A DNA stretch of 64,000 nt from Octopus sinensis (taxonomy: Eukaryota): positions 34,224,001-34,288,000 of the forward strand of contig NC_043003.1 in the NCBI RefSeq assembly GCF_006345805.1, in the 5' to 3' direction. Under the pieces are notes generated by a model. It saw nothing but the letters and a program-made list of their open reading frames with translations. It did not search any database and was not told the origin of the DNA. Each line of letters opens with the position of its first letter. The stretch's first letter is position 1. Made by a program: the position numbers and the translations under genes. Positions 44,345 to 57,415 of the stretch are shown here, piece after piece.

Positions 44345-44557
44345 ATAACGGGAAGCTTTATGAAAATAAACAAAAGACGAAGGCAGGTGGAAAACAAACG
44401 AACAATTGTATTAGTATGGCGCTCAGGAAATATAAATAAAACAAGTCTTTAACGTTTCGAGCCTACGCTCTTCAACAGAAAGATACACAGAGAGAGAAAA
44501 ACACAGAAAGAAGGAGAGAAAAAAAATGCGTGCAGTAGCTAACGAATCAACATGGCG
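44345..44557 (-). mobile_element. Short Penelope-like-element-derived repeat with minimal hammerhead-like motif (copy 2, longer 5' part)
   Basis: Minus strand of 44446-44483 reads TCTTT-CTGTTGAA-GAGC-GTAG-GCTC-GAAACGT-T-AAAGA. Embedded in (TA)n on both sides. Confidence 0.72.
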
Positions 44558-44658
44558 ATATATATATATATGTATGCATATCTATCTATCTATCTATGTA
44601 TATATATATATGTCAACACACATGTGTGAGTGTGTTTGTGTGTGAGTGTGTGTGTGTA

Positions 44659-44707
<49 letters not shown>

Positions 44708-44846
44708 TGTGTGTGTGTGTGTGTGCATTAATCCAATCAAGAATACGCTCATAACAGATTAGGTTAAGCGTTCTTTGAAACTCTTGTGCAAAATTTCACG
44801 TCGACAGACGAACAAAAATACACACGCACACACACACACACGCACG

Positions 44847-44884
<38 letters not shown>

Positions 44885-45201
44885 CACGCACGCTCGCACT
44901 CATACAAACTCACATATTAACAAAGAAATAGCTTTTTTGTTACACAAACACGTAGAGACGTGCTATTACACATACATGCACATACATACTGATGAGGAAT
45001 GCTTAGCACCAAAACAGACACGACTAATATATCAACATAAACACAAACATACATACATAAATGCATACATACATACACACGTACATATAAATAGTAATAA
45101 CGGTGTAAATAATAACAAATACAACAAAGATAAGGATCAAGATAAATAGAGTGTTTAAAATAAAACATAGACCAAAAGAGCGATTAAATAGGAATGAAGA
45201 C

Positions 45202-45245
<44 letters not shown>

Positions 45246-45358
45246 CTGTTGTTGTAGCAGCAGCAGCTGGACGGAAGTAGTAGGACGCTGGGAGATTAGG
45301 GTTGAAAGACGAGAAGCAAGAAGGGGGGAAATAAGAAAACAACAACAACAACAACAAC

Positions 45359-45398
<40 letters not shown>

Positions 45399-45829
45399 GG
45401 CGCTGTTATTTAATCAGATAGATTAATAGACAGATAGATAGATGAGTGCTTAAAACGTTAGTTATCTGGTAACAAAAACAGGATGAGGTAGGGATGGAGT
45501 TCAATTGTTAGTCTTTACCAGGAAGCAGTCCTAATGTCTATACATCTGCTAAGGGCTTTGTAGTTGACATGAAAGTTGCTAAAGACACCACTCTCTGAAT
45601 CCCTTCGAAACTTCTCTCTTGCTTCGTTGTTTTTTTGTTTTTGCTTTCTTATTTATGCGTAGCAGGTTGGATGAATATATTCTTTTTTAGCGTGAAAGAT
45701 TATTTAAAATTAGTTACAAACACTATCAATTATCAGAGTTGTATCGTTTATAAAGTCGTTCTGGGTATTTAAAGCACAGTTGTTTTATTAATCAAAGAAG
45801 GGTAAATGGCGTTTATGACGTTTGTGTTG

Positions 45830-46850
45830 AACAAAGGGTCTGTGCAACGTTATTTAATTCGAACTTTGGAAAGTTGATACCTGTAAGGAAAAGGTGGGTA
45901 GCCATAAAGTCTCTAGCGACAGAGCTGAGTAGGAAGGGATGCGAAAAAAGTTTACAGGAAAATCTGACAGGTGACACATATTAGGGATAACGAGTGGAGA
46001 AAGACGAGTGCAACAGGTGGTTTTCAGAGGAGTTGGTACACGACTAGAATATGAAGAGAAATAAACAAAGAGCTAGAAAGAAAGAGAAAAACAATAGCAT
46101 GTCTGTAGACATTTTATTTTACATGTTGCGGCTGTACTGTATGACAGTGAATCAGCTAGATGCGGCCCAAGGGCCTGAGATACTTTAGGATCGTAACAGA
46201 CAGTGATAATTGTCTTTCGCAGTGGATCAAAATCTGCCTCAGTTTTGGAGCATATTTTGGCCTTTGAAGAAGCTTGGTGTTTAAATGCAGTCTTGGATAT
46301 ATTATACATGTGTAGTATCCACGAAAATATATCACGATTAAAAGACCATGCATTTGCAGTAAAATTGTTGATTTCACATGTGTATTACATTAGGGGACGG
46401 TGGCGATAAAATAAGTACTACCCAAGTACTGGAGTCAATGTAATCAACTAACCCCCTCCCTCAGGATTTCAGGCTTTGTGTCTATAGTACAAAGGATTAT
46501 CAATGAGCAGGAGAGGAGAGGTGAACTGTTATGAGAATGCTTCTTTGATATGGAATGTTTTAAGGATGGTAAAGAGGACTAGGTGTATGTGTATTAAAGC
46601 AGTGCTTGCCTGGATGCAGCAGCAAAATTATATGTGGATGAATCTGGTTCACAAAACATCAAAGTGGACTGATGGATGAGACCAACTTCAAAAAGAATAG
46701 ATCATCAATGTACAGGTGAAATGTGCAGTAGATATAACGGTGTCCTAGGCTTAATAGTATGCCAGAAGGAGAGAGCTCCATGTAGACACACACACGTACA
46801 CTTCAAGTATAGGAATCTTGCGTCCTAAGAGATGAAATATTTGTGGTCAA
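45830..46850 (-). mobile_element. Probable highly decayed LINE (RT remnant and 3' end), interrupted by a SINE B fragment at ~46395-46500
   Basis: Minus-strand peptide remnants FHLYIDDL (like the RT motif FLLYINDL), LGPHLADSL and VPTPLKTTCCTRLS occur in the order expected for a LINE ORF2 C-terminus. Many stops and frameshifts. Confidence 0.4.
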
Positions 46851-46884
46851 CTTCGTTAAGAAATTCTCAAACAAAATATCATTG

Positions 46885-47065
46885 TTTAGCCCCATGTCAG
46901 CTTTAATGTATCACACATAATATTCAATATATTCTAGCTGTATCTATCCTGTATATTTCTTATGTGGCATGACCACATTAATCAAGATGTGTCCTTTTCT
47001 AAGATAGGGAAATGTGACTTGAAGATTTAGCTGCTTTCTGGCAGGTCGAACGACCACACAAAGGC
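46885..47065 (-). repeat. Old dispersed repeat family E (core CTGCTAGAAATAGCAGCYAAAT)
   Basis: Related degenerate copies at ~530-665, 17810-17940, 17995-18125, 21665-21780, 34530-34720, 48290-48350, 49120-49260, 49880-50020, 50600-50700, 56278-56435 and 59560-59770. Confidence 0.7.
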
Positions 47066-47359
47066 TATCATGTTCGAAAGTTTTTTTTTCCCTAATGATA
47101 ACAACATTGCTCTCGTCCAAATTCAGAAGGATAAAAATACAACTAGTCTCGACGGATTACAAAGATCACGAGCATTGTCCCTTACTCCAGACTCAGCTAG
47201 TAAAAATAACGAAAAAGGTAAAAAGGTAAATCAGATTTTCAATATAGCTAGATTTATGGAAATATTACAGGTAGTTGCTGAGAATTTAAATTGGATATGG
47301 TGACTTTGTACGGCTGTTACATAATATGCATAGAATATGTATATAAGATAATATATATA

Positions 47360-47446
<87 letters not shown>

Positions 47447-47916
47447 GTAGGTATGTATTTCTATATATATATATATGTAAATATATACATATGCGTGTGT
47501 GTATATATATATGTATGCATGTATATATATATATGTGTGTGTGTGTGTGCGCATATATGTGTGAGTGCGTGTGTGTGTGCATATATAATCTATAAAACAG
47601 TTTCGACGCCTATATACGACAGCGTTACAGAATCCTCAGGAATTTCAAACTATATTATTTCTTAGAATAGAAAAGTTTTCATATTAGAACAGTTAACAAA
47701 CATGTAGGTTATGAATTCTGCGGAATAGAAAATGATAGCAAATCGGACATACAGAAGGGATTCTTTAATCTTTATCATGCCTTATGGAATATCCGTGGCA
47801 AAGTCACTTCAAGTTCAAACAGCGCAGTGATCTTTCACATAAAAATATTTAATAATTTCTTTTGAAGATTTGATTTCGGACCTACACAGTGTGCTAAAAT
47901 ATATTAGTTTAAAATT

Positions 47917-48090
47917 TTGGCATAAAGCCAGCTATTTCAGGAAAAGGGGATAAGTCAATTACATGGACCCAAGCACTCAACTGATACTTATTTTATCGAC
48001 CCTGAAAGGATGGAAAGCAAAGTCGAATTCGGCAGAATTTGAACTCAGAACATAAAGACGGACGAAAAGCCGGTGTGCTAACAATTCTGT
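47917..48090 (-). mobile_element. SINE family B-related copy
   Basis: TACTTATTTTATCGACCCTGAAAGGATGGAAAGCAAAGTCGA..GAATTTGAACTCAGAAC. Confidence 0.8.
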
Positions 48091-48631
48091 CTTACAGAAT
48101 GCTAAAATATATTGTCTTCAGCTGAGCAACGTTAAATTTTGAAAAGTTCATTAAAAAAGCCTGTCAATTGAAAACACTTTGTTGGAAGATAATATTCTGA
48201 TCAACAATCTAAACGTCTCACCTTTTGAGGGAAATCTAGCATTTTATTATCTAATGCATAATTTCTTTCTTTTTCTTTATGTTTTTTTAGGTAGAAGTGA
48301 TTTGATAGACATTTAGCTGCTATTTCTAGAAGGTCGGTCGTTCAGGTGAGGAAAGTTACCCTGGTAGATTCGCAAACCTCATTAACAGAGTTCAAAGTAA
48401 AAATAATAACAAGAGGAGCAGGCGGTAAGAAATTTGGGTTTGACTGTTGATAAAGGCTTTGGAGTCTTTTCATAGAGGTGTGTTGAAACAATTTAGGAAA
48501 GGTTTAATTAACAGATATATGATCTCAGGTTACAAGGCAAAAAAAAAAGCAAATAAGTAAAAACATCATTTGATTTGAACAATCCCTAACTAATGATTTT
48601 GTCTGTCAGAAAATTCGGAAAATTACCCATT

Positions 48632-48668
<37 letters not shown>

Positions 48669-49297
48669 CACACATACATATAATGGCAATGATACTATAT
48701 ATACGTACGTTTATACGTTTATATATGTGAATTAATCAACCATAAAGAAACTTATATCATTCTCCCTCTCTCTCCCCCACTTATCTCTCTCTCTCTCTCT
48801 CTGCATACATACACACCTCCAGATAATTATACTCAAAATATTATTTAAGTAAACAAATATAGCTATGCAGATGACACCTAGTCATGTTTATTACGTTGGT
48901 ATATTGAACTGTTTCCTGGCATATCTGATAAGTATCGTTTTTTTTTTATAAAGGAATATTCTTTTAGGTGATACTTTCAAAATCTATAATGGATCCATCC
49001 AAAAACAAGCATATGAGTGGCCTTAATATACAATACATTATCTACATCATACAAAATATTTGCGTTCACCATCCGTGAATGGTAAAAATCAATGTGGCTG
49101 ACTATACATTGACGCTCAGAATTATAGAAATACCAGCCAAGTCTCCATCAGATCACAGTCTTACTTCTTAAGACACAAAAGTGAAACGAGGGAAAATCGT
49201 TGGATATTGGATAATATTGTCCAAAAACACACAAAAATGTCATGGCCGAAATGAATTTGATCTGGGTTACAATTATTCAACAACAAGAATAATTAAA

Positions 49298-49680
49298 TGC
49301 GGTGCGAAGTTCGCTTCTCAACTATATGGTCTCAGGTTCAGTCCCACAGCGTGACAGCTTGGGCGAGTGTCTTCTACTATAGCTCCGGGCCGACCAAAAC
49401 CTTGTGAGAGCATATGACTAACAGAAACTGGAAGAAGCCCGTCGTACGTGTGTGTATGTGCCTATATTTATTTCGCTTTCACCATCGCTTGGCAGAAGGT
49501 AATGATTTATTTACGTTCCCGTAACTTAGTAGTTCGGCAAAAAACCCCCAAAAAACTGACAGAATAAGTACCAGAATTTTAAAATAAGTATGTACTGGTG
49601 GGTTGGGGTCGATTCGTTTGACTAAACCCTTCAAGGCAGTGCCCCAGCACGGCTGCAGTCTTCAAGAAAGAAAAAAGATA
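49298..49680 (+). mobile_element. SINE family A (older, diverged copy)
   Basis: GGTTCAGTCCCACAGCGTG..TTGGGCGAGTGTCTTCTACTATAGC..GAAGAAGCCCGTCG..CCCCAGCACGGCTGCAGTC. Confidence 0.85.
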
Positions 49681-50279
49681 AATGATAAAACAAATCGCTG
49701 ATTATTATCAGAGTCGAAGTTAACTTCTGTCAGTTACTCTATGAAAGAAAATATGGAGTAAGCTATCACAGACAAAGAAATTACCATCACAATATTAGTT
49801 AGGACTCATAAACGTCCAAAGAGAAGCTGTATAATTTCAAAATAGATGCTTTGCTATTGTTTCACCCACGGTTGCTTAAAACTGAACAGATATATGATCA
49901 AAAGTATTTCAGTCGTAATTATCTTGTCTATTTAAATGTATGTAGCATACTCTGAGCTTTCTTCTTTTTGAGAGTGATTTAACTGCTATTTCTAGCATTT
50001 TAAGTGACCATGTAAAGCTACCTTCGATTATTCGCTGTAAAGTTATCTATAAGTGAAATATCCAATAAAACAAAGACTTGAAATATATCTACATCATTAT
50101 ATGATGTTCTTGATTGTGTTCCAGTTATTGTGTAGCACGGGGAGAGGAGCATCGTATCATATCTAATTTGTTTCACTTTTTCACTCTTAATGTGTCTATA
50201 ACATTATTCCATGCGTTTTGTCCAAATTTTTTAAATGATAAAGGGCTTCGCAGGTATTTGGCATCTATCACTGACTAAA

Positions 50280-50545
50280 CGTCGCCCTTTTCAAGCCTAG
50301 CCAAGCACATAGGCCCGGTTTCCCGGTTTCTGTGGCTTATGTGTTCCCTCCAGCTGGACGGGACGCCAGTCCATTGCAGGAAGGGAGAGTGAGAGAAAGT
50401 TGTGGCGAAAGAGTACAACAGGGGTCGTCACCAACCCCTGCCGGAGCCTCGTGGAGATTTTAGGTGTTTTCGCTCAATAAACACACACAACACCCGGTCT
50501 GGGAATCGAAACCGCGAGTCCGCTGTATTAACTACTGGTGCGTCT
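50280..50545 (-). mobile_element. SINE family C, tail type 2 (with internal deletions)
   Basis: Colinear with 51683-51978. Confidence 0.85.
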
Positions 50546-51682
50546 GTATAGAGAATCTCTTGTTAGTTGTTGTGATTATTGTTGTCGTTGTCGCTCTGTT
50601 TCAGCCCTGATTGAACAGATAATTGATCATAAGCATTCCAGCTATGACCATCCCATCTTTCTCCTATGTACAAGGAATCCAAGATCACATTAACCAGCAG
50701 GTCGGAAAACACATAATTGGTAAAGAGAATTGGTTCATCTGTACATCAGCTTCTCAGTACAAAGCCAAATGCTTTTGATATAGTTATCTGTTATGCATTG
50801 TTGTAAAATCAGCTACCGAGTAGAAACACACAACAAAATAGCCAAAAGTTGCCGGAAAAGGTAAGTATCCATAACAGACCAATAGGAAGCTCATAGTATT
50901 GTACTTCGTCTAAAGATCTACATCAGTGCACAAGGCAATATCACAAAATACTTCCGCCGGACTAAGAAGCCAGAGATGCTACACTACACAAATATAAAAA
51001 CTAAAATAAGGGTAAAATAAACTGTAGATAATAGAGCGAACTGCACTTAATAAATCTGTGAAATGGTGAGGGTGAATGAAAGATTTCTAGGTTCTCTATT
51101 TGAAAATTTCCAAACTTAATCTGTTGGAGATTTACACCAAAAATTCACCTTTCACAAGCATCACATGCGCTCTTACAAAAACATTAACGTACATACATCT
51201 GCACAAACTAATGCACACACACACACACACACACACACATGTGCACAAACCAACGCCAAAGACGTAACTAACACGCACACACTCAAACAAACTATTCCAA
51301 GCATGAGAAATATTACATATACTACATAAGCATACATAATACATACACACACATACAAATATTCGCCTTCATAGAAACTAAAACACATATATATACATAT
51401 GCAAACACAAACTCACTAATACAGTTTGCACGCACATGGAAGTCTAAACTCTGTCAACATAAATTCTTATTATTTTATGTCCAACAAAAGAGACTTGCCA
51501 TTCTCTGCTAAAGGGTGGACACACACACACACACAACACACACACACACACACATAAATGTATGCACATAAACACACATACAAATGTGTTCTCAAATACA
51601 CATATACATTACTAAAGCTAAAAGTTTGCTACATGTAACATCCATGTCTCTACATGTACGAAAATGTATACGATAAAAGAAA

Positions 51683-51978
51683 CGTCGCCCCTTTACAAGC
51701 CAAGCCAGGCTCATGGGCCCGGTTTCCCGGTTTCTGTTCCCCCCAGCTGGACGGGACGCCAGTCCATCGCAGCGTTACTTAAGAAACAGGAAGACAGAGT
51801 GAGAGAAAGTTGTGGCGAAAGAGTACAACAGGGATCGCCACCACCCCCTGCCAGAGCCTCGTGGAACATTTAGGTGTTTTCGCTCAATAAACACACACAA
51901 CGCCCGGTCTGGGAATCGAAACCGCGATCCTCCGACCGCGAGTCCGCTGCCCTAACCACTGGGCCATTGCGCCTCCAC
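51683..51978 (-). mobile_element. SINE family C, tail type 2 (full length, probable target-site duplication)
   Basis: Intact tRNA-like head (TGGCCCAGTGG, GTTTCGATTCC). Body contains CTGCGATGGACTGGCGTCCCGTCCAG. GAAAATGTATAC occurs on both flanks (51660-51671 and 51981-51992). Confidence 0.9.
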
Positions 51979-52610
51979 ATGAAAATGTATACACAATTAA
52001 AAATGTTCCTCAGTTTCCCAATACTCTAAAAGTGCATGTATACATACATAGGCATAAGATTTCGTATAAATTTTACAATGATGTATACAAAAAGTAAATA
52101 TACCTATATTAGTAAACTTGTTCATATATGAATGTATACACACTCTCTCTCTCTCACACACATACACACACATACACACACACATATATATATATATACA
52201 GAAATTTACGTGCATACGCATACACAAATCAACATGCATTACGTTCACAAACGAATAAGTACATAAGTGTGTGTGTGAGAGACAGAGAGAGAGAGAGAGA
52301 GAAAGAGAGAAAGAGACAGAGAGAGAGAACATATCTATATGTGAGCCTTTCTGTATGAGTGTGTATGCATTTGTGTCCTGGTTGTGTTTCTTATTCACAT
52401 TACCAATCTAGTGAGAAGAATATTCTGTTAGCTTATATTCTTTCTTCCTCAAGTCTCAGCTTTCCCTACTTCTTCCTTCTCCCTCTCTCTCTCTCTCCCT
52501 CCTTCCCTCTCCTCTCTGTCTTTCTGTCTCTTTCTCTTTATCTCTATTTACCTATCTATCCCTCACTCACTTCTGCTTGCTATTTTTCATATATTCTCCT
52601 CCATCACTCC

Positions 52611-52642
<32 letters not shown>

Positions 52643-53694
52643 CCTTTCTCTCCCTGTTTCTTGATATCTCGTTATCTGCCTAACTCCTCTTTTCTCTCTG
52701 TCTCCCAATTCTGTTTCCAGCAGCATTTTTAACACTAAACTTATTTTATATTTCAAATCTTCAAAAATTAAAACAAAACACAGCACAGCACGCGAGTCTA
52801 CACACACACACACACACACGCACACACACCTACAAGCACACACGCATACGCGTCACTACAAGCACAGACACACACACACATACATACCTACAAGCACATG
52901 CATTATATACCTTCACACAAACATACTATATCCACACATTGACATTCATACATAGACGCGTACAAGCATTCATTCATATATAATTGAACATCACTCTGAT
53001 ATATGTTCATGCATGCACACACATACACACACATACACACACACACATGCACACACACACACACACATGCATACATACACACTCATGCGCACCTACACAC
53101 ATCTCCCACACATGCATACATCCTCTGAAACCATAGATTCCTTCTCCTCCTCTTCCTCTTCTACCTCGTAAAATACAAGACAAACAGCCAAAAATCCAAT
53201 CTCGTACCTTTGACGGCCTCTTTCCTATACTTACACACACGCAAACACAGACACACACACACACCACACACACACACACATACATACACCTATAAATACG
53301 CATGCATGTATGTATGTATGTACGTACGTACGTATGTATGTATGTATGTATGTATGTATGTATGTATGTATGTATGTATGGTTATTGTTGCTTTGTCTTT
53401 TGTTTTGTTCAAGAATTTCTACATTTCTTCCCTTTTCCGCTCGACTCCCAACTCCACACCATCTCGTCTACTCCCCCAGCATCCTACTCCATCATCGTTC
53501 CCTTCACACACACACACACCCCTCCCTGTTCTTTTCCTTGCCTGTTCCAGCTCTTCCTACTTCAGTACGATTCTTCGTTGGTTATTTGTTATATATAATT
53601 TTGTGGAGAGAATTTATCATTATTATCATTATTATAATTATTATTAGTATCATTATCATCATCGTCATCATTATCATTTTTGTTGCTGATGTCG

Positions 53695-53764
<70 letters not shown>

Positions 53765-54152
53765 TCTTGTTATTGTTGTTGTTTTTCGTAATTTCATTTT
53801 ATTTCATTTCAGAAGAAAATGGTAAAATGTAAATTTAAAACATAAATAAAATATAGCAAAAAAAAGTGAAAAAAAAAAAATGTAGAAGGGGGTAAAGGGA
53901 AGGAAATAAGGAAGGAAAGAGAATCTATTTTATTTAATTTCTTTTATACTTCCTTTCTGTACTTTCGTTTTTCTTTTTTTCTTTTTGTTTTTTGTTGTTG
54001 TTTTTTTTTGTTTTCTTGCCCCCTACTTCAACCTCCTCCCACCTCGCTATTCCTTCTTCGACTTTGATACATCGGCACTGCCTTGAGCTTAATATGGACG
54101 CGAAGGAATGCTGAACCATGACGTTCATACCTGTTTTACTGGAATTATGATA

Positions 54153-54199
<47 letters not shown>

Positions 54200-54453
54200 A
54201 GCAATGTACTTGTATTGGCCGATTCAGTAGTGTATTAGACTATATGCAGTATACAGTGAATATAGTATTGTAGTGACTTTAGTTCTGGGATTAAATCCGT
54301 GTGTTTGTTGATCAACTTCGTTTGTTGATCCCTCTAGCTTTAGAAGCGATAAATTTAGTTGCATTTATACATGTATCAACTATACCATATTTTTTTCAAC
54401 TAAAGGAAGTTGCTTCGTTGTGACTATTTATTTGCGAGTAATAATTATATATA

Positions 54454-54885
54454 AGGCGGCGAGCTGGCAGAAACGTTAGCACGCTGGGCGAAATGCTTAT
54501 TGGTATATCGTCTGTCTCTACGTTCTGAGTTCAAATTCCGCTGAGGTCGACTTTGTCTTTCATCCTTTCGGGGTCGATAAATTAAGTACCAGATACGCAC
54601 TGGGGTACATGTAATCGACTTAATCCCTTTCTCTGTCCTTGTTTGTCCCCCTCTAACTTTAGCCCCTTGTGGGCAATAAAAAAAATTATATATTGTCTTT
54701 AAGCCAGTGAGCAAACGAAATAGCATGCCGGACAGAATGCTTAGTGGCATTTCGTCCGTCTTTACGTTCTGATTTCATATTTCATCAAAGTCGACTATGC
54801 CGTTCATCTTTCCAGAGTTGATAGAGTAAACACCAGTCAAGTACTGTGGGCGATGCAATCGACTTAACCCGCACTGTGTCAAACT
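54454..54885 (+). mobile_element. SINE family B full copy (54454-54685) followed by an older degenerate copy (~54700-54885)
   Basis: Matches 36756-36985. Confidence 0.88.
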
Positions 54886-55249
54886 TTGGAACCATTAATT
54901 GCATATAGACATTTTTCTCTCTCTTTCACTCTTTCTTTTTCTCTTACTGCTTCTCTTCGCCCTTTCTCTGTTTCAATAACAACCAAATATTTACTGGTGT
55001 CTGGATACAGAAATATATGTGATTCGAGACTGTCCTGTAAGCATTGTCATCTAATGAATGGCATCAGTTCATTTGATTAATGCATCTGAACTATATTTGA
55101 TAAACATCTACGAGAAGAACAAAATTCTTGCAAGAGAACACTCATTCTTCTTCTAACTAATTTCGCGATATAAGTCCTTTCGTTGTGCTCGACGACAGGA
55201 GTGTGGTCTATGTTTAAATTTCCAAGTATAAACACTTTATTTTATTTAT

Positions 55250-55620
55250 TTACTTTTTTACTTTTCGTTTTTGTTTCAGTCATTTGATTACGACTATGCT
55301 GGAGCACCGCCTGTAGTCGAACAAATCGACCCCAGAACTTATTCTTAGTAAGCCTAGTACTTATTCTATCGGTCTCTTTTGCCGAACCGCTAAGTTACAG
55401 GGATGTAAACACAGACACACAAGCATACACACACACATATGTACATTGTATATATACAACGGGCTTCTTTTCAGTTTCCGTCTACCAAATCCACTCACAA
55501 GGCTTTGGTCGGCCCGAGGCTATAGTACAAGATACTTACCCAAGGTATCCCAAAGTGGGACTGAACCCGAAACCATATGGTTGGTAAGCAAGCTACTTAC
55601 CACACAGCCACGCCTGCACC
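55250..55620 (-). mobile_element. SINE family A (full length)
   Basis: Colinear with 2151-2552. Confidence 0.9.
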
Positions 55621-56763
55621 TATTTATTTATTCATTTTGCTTTTTACATTGGTAGAATACTTATAAGTATTACAGTATTTAAGGTACTGAGTGTTTGTAT
55701 CAGGCAAGTACTAACTGGTTGGTTTTTCTTTTTGAGATCTATACATATCCACCAGATATAAAAATATAAAAAATGTTTTGCTTTGGCAGATGTGGTCGCA
55801 ACTGGCAAACTGATCGGGAACGTTCACATCTATATAACCCGGGGAAGTGATCACGCAATGAGAAGAATGCATAGAGAGATATAGTAAATAACTTTATGCA
55901 TATAATTTTGCTAGATGAAGACTTAACGATTTCAGTCAGAGTGCGAAATGAGAATCATTGGATCTACACAAACTAATGTGATTATGGAAAGAGCCTTGAT
56001 AACTCTCACTATTACCATGGTTATTAGCATTATTACTATCATAGCAGCCATTGCACTGTTCCTCTTTCCATACCATATATTTGTTTACAATATATATAAG
56101 CCCTGAGTGAGAGTTATAACATCTGCTCATGTGGTCAGAAGACAATAAACATCAAGTGTTCTTACACTGTCTGTATCATTGAGTTCTTTCTTGTTATGGA
56201 CATCTGTCATCTTTTGAAGAGAATCTGTTTCATTTAAGACATTATACATAAAGCAGCATTTTGGTTTTGTTACCGGTTAGCCCCAGGTCATCACTAACGG
56301 AAGAAACTTATAATGAAAGATGTCTCGGCTGTGACTCCATTTTTTTTTTGTTCTTTTTGCATATCCTTTGTTTTTCTAAGATAGTTTGAGATATTTGACT
56401 GATAGTTCTATCTGGTCGTGCACCAAGTAGAAGCTCCTTCATGTGAATTATATTTGCCTTCTTGAAATAAATGTGGCTTTTATAATTTAATCCAGTCTAT
56501 CACAGATTTCTCGCACGAGAAATTTCTTTCAGTACTGCTAATTTGACGAAAAATTCGTCAATTCTACGGCTGTGACTCTCTGCAATCAATGTTTTACTGC
56601 AGCGTTCATGGTAACTCCTTTTACTGAGATGAACTCAGTTTTGGAGCGCTATCTATTTTGGCGACCAACATATGTGTAATTTGTATTCGAAATATTTAAA
56701 TCAATTGTTTACTTTCGCTATACAGTCTTCTGCCTATACTCCGTTTTATAAATATGTGTGTAA

Positions 56764-56845
<82 letters not shown>

Positions 56846-56884
56846 GTATATGTATATATACTTATATACATATACATATGTACA

Positions 56885-57415
56885 TCTCCTAACCTGGCTC
56901 GTTCCCCTGGTCCCACCCACACTGCCGCACTTGCCCTAACCTTTCCAACACCACCAATCTCACAGCCACCCATTACCGTCCCTATCATATTACCTGACTC
57001 CTTTACCTGCCCGTCTAGCAACGTCATTTATTGTATCCCCTACTTTTTCTGTCCTTTCTGTGCATCGGTCAAACGGGATGCCACTTGGCTGACCGGTTCG
57101 TGGAGCACCTCCGAGACATTAGACTCGACAATGACACCCCGGTCTCGCGCCATTTCCGTCCTACCGGTCTTTCATTTCAACACCTATCTGTTTTCGGATT
57201 GTCTTTGCATTGGGACTATCCAGACTCCTGCCTGGAATGAACAGGAATCAATCTTCTATCTTCACTTCTTTGCCCCACATGGGCTCAACTCCACTCCCCT
57301 CTTCATCTGATTTCCCTCCTGTCCTCTCTTGCCCTGTCACCTACTTCCTCTCTTCACTCCTGGTCACCTTCTCCCTTCATCGATACCCCCTCCATCCACA
57401 CCCCATCTACACATC
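56885..57415 (+). mobile_element. Decayed Penelope-like retroelement fragment encoding a frameshifted GIY-YIG endonuclease domain
   Basis: Stitched frames give DSFTCPSSNVIYCI..C..(L)CIGQTGCHLADRFVEHLRDIRLDNDTPVSRHF..HLSVFGL..EQESIFYLHFFAPHGLN*. This shows the VIY/YIG pair, the R..EH helix, the conserved E and the terminal P.GLN typical of PLE endonucleases. Confidence 0.9.

Noticed and set aside
54043-54130. Possible minus-strand exon (MNVMVQHSFASILSSRQCRCIKVEEGIAR)
   Set aside because: The acceptor lacks a pyrimidine tract, the donor GTGGGA is weak, and CAG|GTATGA could equally be a donor. Not supportable without transcripts.
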